64,000 bases of DNA from Squalus acanthias. Taxonomy: Eukaryota. Where the stretch lies: positions 41,542,001-41,606,000 of the forward strand of contig CM059432.1 of NCBI GenBank assembly GCA_030390025.1, written 5' to 3'. Each line of letters begins with the position of its first letter. The first letter of the stretch is position 1. The notes under the pieces were generated by a model. The model did not search any database. It worked only from the letters and a program-made list of their open reading frames with translations, and was not told the DNA's origin. Made by a program: the position numbers and the translations under genes. This document shows positions 48,232 through 60,735 of the stretch, piece by piece.

Positions 48232-48994
48232 TATATCTTCAAACAGCCCATTTATCTTTCTCTCCCAAGATTCCTGAGGGAAGGGAAAGACAAATGACTT
48301 GCAATTTCCCTTTTCTCAGAAACGCTGAAATTGCTTACTCTCTGTGTCTACTCCCTAACTCTATAGTGTTACTATCATTTCTGGAGTGTTTTGTTTATAT
48401 TTACTGGCCGTGAGGCGTTTCTAATTTAGTTTACTTGCATTATCATAATTATAATGAGATTAGTAAGATGGTATACAGAAGAGTTACAGTATTAAGGACC
48501 ATTCACTCATTCATTAATTCAACTTTTGCAGCCTCATATTGCTCCTCGTCTTACCAGAACCATCACAGGTCCAATGCATAGCCAACCTGTGGATTTTTTT
48601 TTACATTTAAGCACTCAACATTTGTTCTGTCTCTACATTCACCAACTCCATAAATGAGAAAACCAAAGTATTTTAATTTGTTATAGAACATTCTCTCGCC
48701 CTTTCCCTCTCTCCCACTCGCATTCTCCCCTGCCCCAGAATTATTGTACCAAGAATGTGACAGTTTGAAATTGTGACAACTGGATCTCAATGACATTATA
48801 ACCAATAGTGGTCAACCAGAGCAATTCCAGGAAATTATATACTTGAAATCCTGTCTATCCCACTAACGCAATGAGAACTTTATACTGGATAGCAAAACAA
48901 CGCTGCTACTAGCATTTTAAGAATTAAGAAGCTCACTGACCACTTTTAAAATCTGGTACACTACATAATGATCAATGGATCTTTCACAGAACAC

Positions 48995-49357
48995 TTGGGT
49001 GCAGTACTGAGGGTGTGCCGTGCTGCCGGAGGTGACATCATTCAGATGAAACATTAAACCGAGGCCCCGTCTGCTCTCTCAGGTAGACGTACAAGATCCC
49101 ATGGCACTATTCGAAGAAGAGCAGGGGAGATCTTCCGGTGTCCTGGCCAACAATTATCCCATAACCAATATCATTAAAACAGATTATTTGATCATTTATC
49201 TCATTGCTGTCTGTGAGACCTTGCTGTGTGCAAATTGGCTGCCACATTTTCCTAAATTGCAACAGTGACTATGCTTCAAATGTACTTAATTGGCTGTGAA
49301 ACACTTTGGGACATCCTGAAGGTGTGAAAGGCTCTAAATAAATACAAGTTCTTTTTT
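48995..49357 (+). mobile_element. SacSINE1-like SINE lacking head
   Basis: gtgcagtactgagggtgtg..aaaccgaggccccgtctgctctctcagg..tgaaaggctctaaataaatacaagttc. Confidence 0.88.
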
Positions 49358-49756
49358 TTAAATTTTGTCTTTAAATCTGCTGCGTTCACGTTATATGTCT
49401 TCAACAGCAAGAAGGGCATTCTGGCTGTGGATATCTGTTGTCTGTTTAGATAGTCAAAAACTGACAGGTCTACTTTAGAGCTGGAATAAATCTCTGGTGA
49501 GCTTTCTTTATTACAAGGTGGAGGCCTCTGCCACTCCAAGATGCTCCATCTAGAGACTTGGCCATAAAAAATGCCCATCGATGATAGCCAGGAGAGTTTG
49601 AGTACCAGTCAGAGCACTTTTTGAGTTCAGGCCGTCAGTGTGAATTCCAGTGGTCTATTGCTAGAGTAACCAGGTTTGCCTTTGATATTTGTATTTAATG
49701 AATCATTTCAATGCTGGGAATCTTTTACATTTTGTAATCAACATCTTTTATTATAG

Positions 49757-49858
49757 AAATAAAAAGAGAAAATGCTGGAAATACTCAGCAGGTCAGGCAG
49801 CATCTGTAGAGAGAGAGAAACAGAGTTAACGTTTCAAGTCGATGATCTATTATCAGAA
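49757..49858 (-). mobile_element. Penelope-like family B fragment
   Basis: Reverse complement of the 13553-13650 motif with a degenerate hammerhead core. Confidence 0.75.
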
Positions 49859-49869
49859 TTTAAAAAAAA

Positions 49870-50750
49870 CATAATCTAGGATGTAGGGAAAAATTAAATT
49901 GCAATATATTTTGGGGAATAAGAGGTTAGGGTATTTTTGTGTTATGCAAAGTATTAAATCACAAGTTGGGACCCTTTAAAAATGAGAGGTGAGATATTGG
50001 ATAAGAAAAGAATAAGACTGAAATGTGATTTAAATATTTTTTATAATAGTTTTAGAATGACCTTTTTCCTGCCTAGAGTGATAATGCATCTGAGTTTGTG
50101 GAGAAAAGGAACAAGTCATTGAAAACCAATGTGCGAGAACCTTCATGGGCTAAGAGAACCTGATGGGATTCGCCCAAGAATAACTCAGGAAATAAGGGTA
50201 GGGGAAACAGTGGCTCAAATTTTTCACAACTCATTAAATACAAGGATGGCACTTAAATGATTGGAAATTAGCTAATGTGGTTCCAGTTTTTAAAAAAGGT
50301 AAAAACAGGCTGCTTAAAAATTTTGGGTCTGGAAGGTTGACAACTATAGTAGGAAAGCCATAGGTCTGGTGGAAAGGAAGCAATTCAAGTGCACTTAACA
50401 ACAGTAAAGGCAATAGCTAGCATGTGTTTATAAAAGACTGGTCATATCTAACAAATTCACAGCAATTCTTTGAGGGTGCATTACAATTGAAAAATGATTA
50501 AATTGCGATGCTATTTCTGTAGACATTCAGAAGGCAGTTGTTACAGTATCTCACAAAAGACTCCTACTTAAAGGGAAAACCATTGTGATAAAAGAGAAAG
50601 TGGTAAATTGTCAATAAATGGATTTAATAAGAAGAAACAAAGTTTAGTCATCAATGGTGATATTGCAAATGGATATTTTTAAAACATCAGAGCAGCCAAG
50701 ATTCAGTGCTGGTACCTCTGCTGTGCAAAGTATTGATTATTTTGATCCAT
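49870..50750 (+). mobile_element. Ancient, highly decayed CR1 fragment
   Basis: gattggaaattagctaatgtggttccagtttttaaaaaaggt (DWKLANVVPVFKKG), gacattcagaaggca, gattcagtgctggtacctctg. Confidence 0.7.
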
Positions 50751-50784
50751 GCTACCTGCAAAGGCTCAGCAAGTTTATCCAGTG

Positions 50785-51160
50785 AGTAGTTGAGCTATTG
50801 AGGGCAGGCAGGACTCAGGCAGGTCTCAGGCACCAGGCTCAATCTCAGCTTCGGTGATGATAGGAGCACTACAATAGGCCTCAGCACCCTTAGGTTAGAG
50901 ATGTGAAAATTATTTGGGGGGGGGGGGGGTTCCTGCTCCCGATCACTATCCAGTGACCTCTGCTGAAATTGGACATGTGTGAAATAGGAAGAAGACAGGA
51001 TTGGGCTTGGCTTTGGTGCGTGTCCTCCCTCCACCCACCCTAGTCAAAGAGCCTGCCAACACCTAACATGAATATTGCCATTTGGTGGAGGTACCAGACG
51101 ACGGTAAGCACCAGTCGAACCACACCCCAGCAAGGAGTCAACACCTTCAGGGAAGGATGG
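50785..51160 (+). repeat. Old interspersed repeat, probably a SINE (family unresolved)
   Basis: GC-richer block inside AT-rich decayed CR1 context, ending accccagcaaggagtcaacaccttcagg; recognised from memory only. Confidence 0.35.
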
Positions 51161-52712
51161 CAAAAAATGGTGAGAAAATGAAAAGAAAGAATATTTTAAA
51201 AGAATGCCTAAGCTTATAGATGATACCAGGTTGTGTTGGATAGAGGATCCACAAACAAAAGGGGCAAAATTTAAAAGTAAATGTAAATTATATGAATATC
51301 TGACTTGGAATGCAGTGGATGGTTTTTAGATTGCTGCCTAAGGCACACAAATGAATGTAAGGATCCTTTCCAGTCACAAATAGGACAATTCAGTCTATTG
51401 CTACTAGAAAACAAAAGGTAAAAATAATTCTGCGGTGCCATTGCACCACTGAAAGTGTGGCGGGCAGAATTTCCACTCATGACTGTCCCAAATCCCAGGA
51501 ATGGGGTAATTTGAATAATAGGGGCAGGTGACTGTACCTCTAGCAGAGCAACAGGGGTGCCCTCCCAGCTGGCCTATCAGAATCTTGGAGCAGCACCCTG
51601 CTATTCCAAGAAGGGGAGACAGAGGCTTTGATTGGGCCAAAAGATTGAGTTCTGTAATTTTTTTTTGTTGACAGGTCAGAAGGCCCAATCGGGAAGGTAA
51701 TTGATGCCTTCGATCCTCAGTGGCACAAAGTATACTAGATCTAGAGTGAACCTACACCTGCTCTCAGCAAATGTAGGTCCCATTGGGCCTATCAGGGGTG
51801 CGTAGAATTTCTCTTCTCACCACTCCTAGTTATCAGGCCAAAGTTGCTTTCTGCATGGTGATATAAAACAAATATCTCTGCGAGTGGGTCTCAACTTAAA
51901 ATTATCGAATAAACCCCATTTATTTGGCTCTACAACAGTCAATCTAGAATAAAAATCACATAAGCTGACTCCATGAAAAGCACCAGCACTTTTACAAAGT
52001 CTTAGACTTGTATATAGAGGAAAACGTCAGATTGCTCCAAACCATATTTGATATTTAATTGCTCAAAGATGCAGACCTCCCTGTTTAAGTTACATTATGT
52101 ATGTACTTAACATTAGTACTGAATTGTCCCAGGAAGAAGACACCTTGGGGAAAAATGAGAGGCAAATTATATTTGAAAGAAATTATCCAACCATAGAAAT
52201 TAATGAATCTATACTGCCATCTTCTGGCTCAACAAGGTTTTTCGCTCACATGCACCAATATAAGGACTGTTCACCTGGCAGGAATGGTAACTGACTTCAG
52301 ACCTAGTAGACCAGGCATGTAAAAGACATGGTCTGATGACGTACTCGGTGCCATAACCCCATTTTAACTAAAAGTCTCGGGAGGTCCGCATGGCCACAGA
52401 CCTGACAGCAAGACCTGGCGGGAGACAGCGGAGTGGCCAGTTGAGGCCAAGGTCAGTATAAAAAATGCTACTGTTCTGAGGAATACTTGTGGGCTAGGAG
52501 GAGGAGTACTGCTCCCTCTCCGGGCCTTGCAAGAGTCCTTGAGCTCCCCAGCCTTGCCTCTCCTTCCCTGCACCGGCACCCCCCAGGGAATCCCCTCCCC
52601 AGCACTAACTTTATGCCGGAGACTGTTCCTTTAGTTTTCCTTTGGCAGAACCCCCAAAGAAAGTCTAAAAATGGCAATATTTCCAGGGTTTCAGCAGATC
52701 TTCCACTGATGT

Positions 52713-53645
52713 TACAACAACTTGCATTTATATAGCGTCTTTAACATAGTAAAACATCTCAAGGCGCTTCACCGGAGCGCCAAGTTCCATTCACCCATCA
52801 CCCCTGTGCTTGCTGACCTACATTGGCTCCTGGTTAAGCAATGCCTTGATTTCAAAATTCTCATCCTTGTTTTCAAATCCCTCCGTGGCCTCGCCCCTTC
52901 CTATCTCTGTAATCTCTTTTAGCCCCACAACCCCCCTGAGATATCTGCGCTCCTCTAATTCTGCCCTCTTGAGCATCCCTGATTATAATCGCTCAACCAT
53001 TGGTGGCCGTGCCTTCTGTTGCCTCGGCACTAAGCCCTGGAATTCCCTGCCTAAACCTCTCCGCCTCTCTACCTCTCTTTCCTCCTTTAAGACGCTCCTT
53101 ATAACCTACCTCTTCAACCAAGCTTTTGGTCACCTGCCCTCATTTCTCCTTATGTGGCTCGGTGTCAAATTTTTTGTCTTTTAATACTCCTGTGAAGCTC
53201 CTTGGGACGTTTTATTACGTTAAAGGCGCTATATAAATACAAGTTGTTGTTGCTGTTGAGCGTTATCAAACAAAATTTGACACCAAGCAACATAAGGTGA
53301 TATTAGGGCAGGTGGCCAAAAGCTTGGTCAAAGAGGTAAGTTTTAAGGAGCATCTTAAAGGAGGAAAGAGAGGTAGAGAGGTGGAACGGTTTAGGGAGGG
53401 AATTCCAGAGCTTAGTGCCTAGGCAGCTGAAGACACGGCCGCCAATGGTGGAGCGATTAAAATCGGGGATGCACAAGAGGCCAGAATTGGAGGAGCGCAG
53501 ATATCTCGGAGGGTTGTAGGGCTGCAGGAGGTTACAGAGATAGGGAGGGGCGAGTCCATGGAGGGATTTGAAAACAAGGATGAGAATTTTAAAATCGAGA
53601 GGTTGCTCAACCGGGAGCCAATGTAGGTCAGCGAGCACAGGGGGA
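52713..53645 (-). mobile_element. L2 LINE 3' fragment (52713-52779 and 53258-53645)
   Basis: PVLADLHWLPV..DFKILILVFKSLHGLAPPYL..LWNSLP..FKMLLKTYLF is the typical L2 C-terminus. Confidence 0.9.
52780..53257 (+). mobile_element. L2 LINE 3' fragment nested, inverted, inside the same family
   Basis: SPITPVLADLHWL; (GTT)n tail; gagcg duplication (52775-52779 / 53258-53262). Confidence 0.9.
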
Positions 53646-54547
53646 GATTGGAAGATTCCCATTGAAATGCAAAGTCCTACAGTGTTTCAAATTTCAATCC
53701 CTCTGTGCACTTCTGACACACGTTGCTTTCATCCTATGGGTCATTTCTCTGGGGGTTCCGTTATTTCCCGCTGAGAGCCCCCACAGAATTTCCAGGCTAT
53801 AGTCAATTTCTATGTTTTAAGATTAGGGATGGGGGAATACACCAGCCAACAGAGACTGGGTCAGAGGTGGGTACCAGGATCTTGCAGGGAAAGGATGTCC
53901 AGAAGTTATTTTAACACACCCAGGTGAGAGTGAAGCTGAGGGAGAGGATTGGGCTTGGAGCTCAGGATTGGCTATAGGAGGGTTGGGTGGTTGGTAGGGA
54001 GTAGGCAACCTGTGGCTGGCGTTTAGAAATGGAGTTGGGTATGTGCAGGCTGGGAATATTGGGGGTGGGGGGAGGTGGGAGGGGGGGGGGATGAAGGGCC
54101 CAGAGTGTGGAAATATATAGGAGTGGCTTTTAGGGCTTGGGAAGAATTGGGAGCGGGAAATAAGATGTGGCTGCACTCGGAGAGGGCGGACTGAGAAAAG
54201 TGACCCTGCTGGTAGAGGCTGAGGCCACTCAGAGGAAGTCCAGTGAGCTCTTTTTGAGAACATAGTGGCACTCAGGCAGGCAGCAAGCACTCAGGGTTTG
54301 GGTAGTGACTGTTCAGAGTGTAGGTAGTGGGTACTTGGGCGGTCAGCTTTGGGCATCACATCTTTGTCTTTACAAAGTTCTTGCAGCTAATTGACTCAAA
54401 TCTCATATAAAACAGCAACAAATCACAACAGAACAGATAAGGAACATATCAACCAACAAGTAAAAAACAGGAATGAAAACTACCAATCATTAAGTGCAAA
54501 AAAAGTATAAATCAAAAATGGGCTGTCAGCAACAGGTATCAATAAAT

Positions 54548-55070
54548 GGAAAGTAACGCATTTGTATAGCACCTTTCACATCCTCAGGACATCCAAAAGC
54601 ACATCACAGCCTACTAATTACTTTTGAAATGCAGGCACTGTTGTTTTATAGCAAAATGCAGCAACCAATTTGTACACGACTAGGTTTCACAAACAGCACT
54701 GAGATGAATGGCCTGATAATCTATTTTTTGTGATGTTGGTTGAGGGAAGACTGCATACCAGGGAAACTCCCTTATTCTTCTTCTAACAATGCCATGGGTT
54801 CTTTTATGATCAAGGACACAAGCCTTAGCTTAGCATCTTATCCAAAAGAATGCACCTGGACCAATACAGTACTTCCTCAGTACTACACTGAAGTTTTATT
54901 CCAGACTATGTGCCCAAATCCAAAGTGGGATTTGCACCCACCATCTTCTGACTTAGAGGTGAGAGTGCTACATTACAACAGTAACTACATTTCAAAAGTA
55001 CTTTATTGTAAAGCTCTTTGGAACGTCCTGAGGTTGTGAAAGGCGTTATATAAATGTAAGTCCTTTCTTT
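54548..55070. mobile_element. Old SacSINE1-like SINE (-; 54548-54970) with an opposite-strand SINE 3' piece (54969-55070) in its head
   Basis: SINE tails at both outer ends; head remnant ttctgacttagaggtgagagtgcta. Confidence 0.75.
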
Positions 55071-55654
55071 TACCAAATAAGTCTGGATGAAAAGGAGAAA
55101 AAAAAAGCTAAATCAATCAAAATGCTCAAATAGATTTTTTATAAAACCTTTCAGCTGTCTTCTTGCTTTATTCAGTAATCTGAGTACTCACTATTGGAAA
55201 TAAGCTTTGTAACATAATAAAAACATAAAAAATTACCAGAAAATAAATGAATTTACAAACATAATGGCAATTAGTGTTTCAAATAGCTGCAGCATCTTTC
55301 ATTTTTCAATTTATACTGAGAACTCAAAAATAGTTGATCATATAAACAGATAATAACTTGAGGACGAATTTTATTATAATTCTGGAAGGGCTGATCATTG
55401 TTCGAGTTTGGAGGGAGCTTGTGAATAAATTCTTGAATTTAAAATATTTCACCAATAGGTTTCGCTAAAGCATTAAGTAGTATTCCAGAGTTATTTGCTA
55501 AGAAAAATCATTCAAATATAGAAAAGATTAAACTAATTTTTATATATTCCTTGCCTTCGCATAAAAAAGCCACAGTATGAATAGATGTAAAGTATAAAGC
55601 GTGCTTCCCGATATTACAGTTGTTTATGTAATATGGTATTTATTTATCTACCTG

Positions 55655-56195
55655 TGCACAGTTTTGGTCTCTTTATCTGAGGAAGGATATACTTGTCTTG
55701 GAGGTGGTGCAACATAGGTTCACTAGATTGATTCCTGGGATGAGAGGGTTGTCCTATGAGGAGAGATTGAGTAGATTGGGCCTATACTCGCTGGAGTTTA
55801 GAAGAATGAGCGGTGATCTCATTGAAACTTGTAAGATTCTGAAGGGGATTGACAGGGTAGATGCTGAGAGGTTGTTTCCCCTGGCTGGAGAGTCTAGAAC
55901 TAGGGGGGATAGTCTCAGGATAAAGGGTCAGCAATTTAAGACTGAGATGAGGAGGAATTTCTTCACTCAGAGGGCTGTGAATCTTTGGAATTCTCTGCCC
56001 CAGAGGGCTGTGAATGCTGAGTCTTTGAGTATATTCAAGGCTGAGATAAATAGATTTTAGGACTCTAGGGGAATCAAGGGATATGGAGATCAGGCGGGAA
56101 AGTGGAGCTGAGGTCAAAGTTCAGCCATGATCCTATTGAATGGCAGAGCAGGCTCGAGGGGCTGTATGGCTCCCAATTCTTATGTTCTTATATTC
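55655..56195 (+). mobile_element. CR1 3' fragment
   Basis: RFTRLIPGMRGLSYEERL..FFTQRAVNLWNSLP; tcttatgt-type tail. Confidence 0.92.
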
Positions 56196-56514
56196 TTACG
56201 TATGATGGAAGCAAGGATCTGTCCTGTTTCAAATAGTAACATTTCTGTTATATACTTTAATTTAAATTATAGCTGGGTCAGGTCTCTGGGAATTAAAAAA
56301 AAATGCAAACCACACATTGGCATCTCTCTTGTTGTCAACCTTTTTCTTTCTATTTTGCTTTCTCCATAGCCAAGGTCTCTGAGGTATTGAAAGGTGGTAT
56401 ATAAATGCAACAACCTTCCGACTCACAGGTGAGAGTGCTACTAACTGAGCCAAAATTACACTTAGGAGCTGTTTTTATTCAAATAGCCAGAGCTTATTAA
56501 AAGCTAAGTATAAA

Positions 56515-56640
56515 GTTCAGTATTAGGACCACAGCTGTTTGTGATATACATTAATGACTTGGACTTGGGGGTACAGGGCACAATTTCAAAATTTGCAGAT
56601 GTCATGAAACTTGGAAGTGTAGTAAACATTGAGGAAGATA
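56515..56640 (+). mobile_element. Short CR1 RT fragment
   Basis: SVLGPQLFVIYINDLD..ISKFAD. Confidence 0.8.
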
Positions 56641-56642
56641 GG

Positions 56643-59330
56643 TTTTTTAATTCATTCACGGGATGTGGGCATCGCTAGCAAGGCCAGCATTTATTGCCCA
56701 TCCCTAATTGCCCTCTAGAAGGTGGTGGTGAGCCGCCTTCTTGAGCCACTGCAGTCCACATGGTGAAGGTACTCCCACAGTGCTGTTAGGGAGTTCCAGG
56801 CTTTTGACCCAGAGATATTGAAGGAAGGTATGTGACTTAGAGGGGAACTTGGAGGTGGTGGTGTTACCATGTGCCTGTTACCCTTGTCCTTCTAGCTGGT
56901 AGAGGTTTGGGAAGTGCGGTCAAAGAAGCCTTGGCAAGTTGCTGCAGTGCATCTTGTAGATGGTACATACTGCAGTGGGCACAGACTGCTTCATCATCTG
57001 AGGAGTTGTGAATGGAACTGAACACTGTGCAACCATTAGCGAACATCCCCACTTCTGACCTTATGATGGAGGGAAGATCATTGATGAAGCAACTGAAGAT
57101 GGTTAGACCTACAACACTGTCCTGAGGAACTCCTGCAGCAATGTCCTGGGGCTGAGATGATTGGCCTCTAACAATTACAACTGTCTTCCTTTGTGCTAGG
57201 TACGACTCCAGCCAGTGGAGAGTTTTCCCCCTGATTCCAATTGACTTCAGTTTTACTAGGGCTCCTTGATGGCACACTCGGTCCAAATGACGCCTTGATG
57301 TCAAGGGCAGTCACTCTCACCCCACCTCTTGAATTCAGCTCTTTTGTCCATGTTTGGACCAAGGCTGTAATGAGGTCGGGAGCCGAGTGGTCTTGGCGGA
57401 ACCCAAACTGAGCATCGGTGAGCAGGTTATTGGTGAGTAAGTGACGTTTAATAGCACTGTCGACGACAACTTCCATCACTTTGCTGATGATTGAGAGTAG
57501 GCTGATTGGGTGGTAATTGGCCGGATTGGATTTGTCCTGCTTTTTGTAGACAGGACATACCTGGGCAATTTTCCACATTGTGGGGTAGATGCCAGTGTTG
57601 TAGCTGGACTGGACCAGCTTGGCTGGAGGCGCGGCCAGTTCTGGAGCACGAGTCTTCAGCACGACAGCCGGGATGTTGTCGGGGCCCACAGCCTTTGCTG
57701 TATCCCGTGCACTCAGCTGTTTCTTGATATCAGGTGGAGTGAATCGAATTGGCTGAAGACTGGCTTCTGTGATGGTGGGGACCTCAGGAGGAGGCTGATA
57801 TGGATCATCCACTCGGCCCTTCTGCCTGAAGATGGTTGCAAACGCTTCAGCCTTGTCTTTTGTACTCGCATGCTGGACTCCGCCATCATTGAGGATGGGG
57901 ATATTCATGGAGCCTCCTCCTCCGTTAGTTGTTTAATTGTCCACCACCATTCACGACTGGATGTGGCAGGACTGCAGAGCTTTGATCTGATCCGTTGGTT
58001 GTGGGATCGCTTAGCTCTGTCTATAGCATGCTGCGTCCGCTGTTTAGCATGCTTGTAGTCCTGTGTTGTAGCTTCACCAGGTTAGCACCTCACTTTTAGG
58101 TATGCCTGGTGCTGCTCCTGGCATGCTCTTCTACACTCCTCAATGAACCAGGATTGGTCCCCTGGCGTAATGGTGGAGTGAGGGATGTGCCGGGCTATGA
58201 GGTTACAGATTGTGGTGGAATACAATTCTGCTGCTGCTGATGACCCACAGCGCCTCATGGATGCCCAGTTTTGAGCTGCTAGATCTGTTCTGAATCTATC
58301 CCAGTTAGCACGGTGGTAGTGCCACACAACATGATGTAGGGCAATGTTCCTGCTAAACTGTGCGGTTGCGCTTTCATCTAGCAAGGTCCCGCGCAGCTCG
58401 CCCACTGGCTTTTACATTATACACAGGACTAGACAGACTAGATGCAGGAAGGATGTTCCCGATGGCTGGGGAGTCCAGAACCAGGGGTCACAGTCTAAGG
58501 ATAAGGGGTAAGCCATTTAGGACTGAGATGAGGAAGAATTTCTTCACCCAGAGAGTGGTGAACCTGTGGAATTCTCTACCACAGAAGGCAGTAGAGGCCA
58601 ATTCATTAAATATATTCAAGAATGAGTTAGATATATTTCTTAAAGCTAAAGGGATCAAGGGATATGGGGAGAAGGCAGGGACAGGGTACTGAATTTGGAT
58701 GATCAGCCATGATCTCATTGAATGGCGGAGCAGGCTCGAGGGGCTGAATGGCCAGCTCCTGCTCCTATCTTCTATGTTTCTATGTTTCTATGCGCAAAAA
58801 ATTTGAATGGGCTATGTATTGGGGGAGGCAGACCACGCAGATGGCAGTGCAAGCTTACGGGAGACATTGTTGGAGGGCGTCCTCATTGTGAACACGGGAC
58901 TTTTGTCTCCACAGAACTGTGCAGTGGTCACTCCTACTAATAATGTCATGGACAGATGCATCTGCGATAGGTGGATTGGTGAGGATGAGGTCAAGTAGGT
59001 TTTTCACTCGTGTTGGTTCTCTCACCACTTGCCGCAAGGCCCAGTCTGGCAGCTTTCTCCTTCAAGGCTCGGTCAGTAGCGGTGCTACCGAGCCACACTT
59101 GGTGATGGACATTGACGTCCCCCACCCAGAGTACATTCTGTGCCCTTGCTGCCCTCAGTGCTACTTCCAAGTGGTGTTCAACATGGAGGAGTTCTGATTC
59201 ATCAGCTGAGGGAGGGCGGTAGGTGGTAATCAGCAGGATGTTTCCTTGCCGATGTTTGATCTGATGCCATGAGACTTCATGGGGTCCGGAGTCAATGTTG
59301 AGGACTCCCAGCGCCACTTCCTCCCGACTG
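56643..59330 (-). mobile_element. LINE family B, long copy with APE and RT remnants and internal deletions
   Basis: YRPPSAD, WVGDVNVHH, LDLILTN, SDHCTV (APE); KAVGPDNIP, NYHPISLLS, QFGFRQ, GVPQDSV (RT). Confidence 0.92.
58342..58869. mobile_element. hAT-type MITE with a CR1 3' fragment (~58423-58792, +) inside it
   Basis: Ends caatgttcc / ggagacattg; 8-bp duplication atgtaggg / ttggaggg (6/8). Confidence 0.72.
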
Positions 59331-59437
59331 TAGATCCCGATTGAAGAGTTTGGTTTGAGTGTGGCTGCAGTTGCAGCTGCAGGCCAGCAGGTGACTCTGC
59401 ACCAATTTGGATCCCCAAACTACTCTCTTGATTAAAT

Positions 59438-60177
59438 GGCCCAAAAATTTGTGTTGATACGCGAGAGTACGCACTGTGTACTCTCGCGTATTCTGTCTCC
59501 AATTGCCGGTTTTCTGCATGCACTGCGCATGCGCTGAAAACCGGCACTTGGTGAATGGAAAAGGGGGCGGTTCCTAGGTGAACCGTGTGCGCGCTACAGG
59601 CTGCGCGCATGCAGTGCACTTAGTGGTTTCAACGCGCAGGTAAGTATGGAAGATTTTACACATAAAAAAAGGAGTAAGACCCACTTTTAACAAGGTAAGT
59701 AGTGAATTAAGTATTATTTTGAATTTTTTTTTAACAGGTACATCTTTTTTAGAGACTTTAAAGACAGGTAAGTTTATTTTTATAACTTTTTAAAAGATTT
59801 TAAATTTTTTCAAAAATTTAATTTTTTATTTAAAATGGTTAATTTATTTAACTATACTTATTTTATTAATGTGATGGTTTTTTTTTTATTTAATTGAGGT
59901 TTAGCTGTTTTTTTGGGGGGCTATAGTATTCATAGCTTTCACAGCACTTATGTGAAAGCTATGAATGGAAGATGGTGTGCTGCCATTGGCTCTAACTGAG
60001 TCACGTGATCCCACAGCTCGCACGAATTAACTGCGCCTGTGGGATACGCAAGCCCAGCACAGCAGCTGTCCAGAACATCAAGTTCGTGCGAGCTGGAACT
60101 GAAAAAGCCAACGCGCAGTGAGAGATCGCGGGGAAGCCTTACCCTCGCACGAAGGCTTCCTCACGAATTTTTGGGCC
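59438..60177. mobile_element. Harbinger-type MITE (740 bp)
   Basis: 16-bp TIR ggcccaaaaatttgtg / cacgaatttttgggcc (1 mismatch); aat/att flanks. Confidence 0.85.
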
Positions 60178-60569
60178 ATTATCTTGCAGATGAACAGCAT
60201 TATTGAAGCTCCATGCCAGTATTAACGTTGTTCATTTTACAACAGAAACCCCCAATCAGAAAGTCAATCCCCTCAGACAACAGAGATTTCTTTGCCACCG
60301 CACCCCCCCCCCCAATTCATCTCTCACCCACCTGCCATCTACCTCACGATGACATTCATCCTGAACCTATTGACGAGCACCCCTTTCTAATTGCAAGATA
60401 TTAACTAGCTCAGGGAATGGACTCGTGTGGTACCTCTGCTCCATGGAGATACAATCCTTGACTCACGGTTTAAATATCACCTACCACCCTCTCCCCTGCC
60501 TCACTAGGCTCTTAGCTTCATGGCACATCCACCTCTCCACTGTGATAGATCACCTATCCACTGATAGTT

Positions 60570-60735
60570 TTTCTTTTCTCCTCCCTTAGCCACCTCACTC
60601 CTCCTTCCCTTCAACTTTTCCCCTCTCCCTCACTCTCCTTTCCTACCTCTCCATCACCCTCCTCCCACCCCACCCTTCCTCCCATTTCTCCTTTTCACCT
60701 CTCCTTCACCCTCCTTTTCTTCTCTTTTTTTTTTA
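60570..60735. repeat. Polypyrimidine low-complexity tract
   Basis: Almost exclusively C/T. Confidence 0.85.

Noticed and set aside
52097..52294. Possible coding exon (EEDTLGKNERQ..)
   Set aside because: Weak acceptor and no recognisable homology
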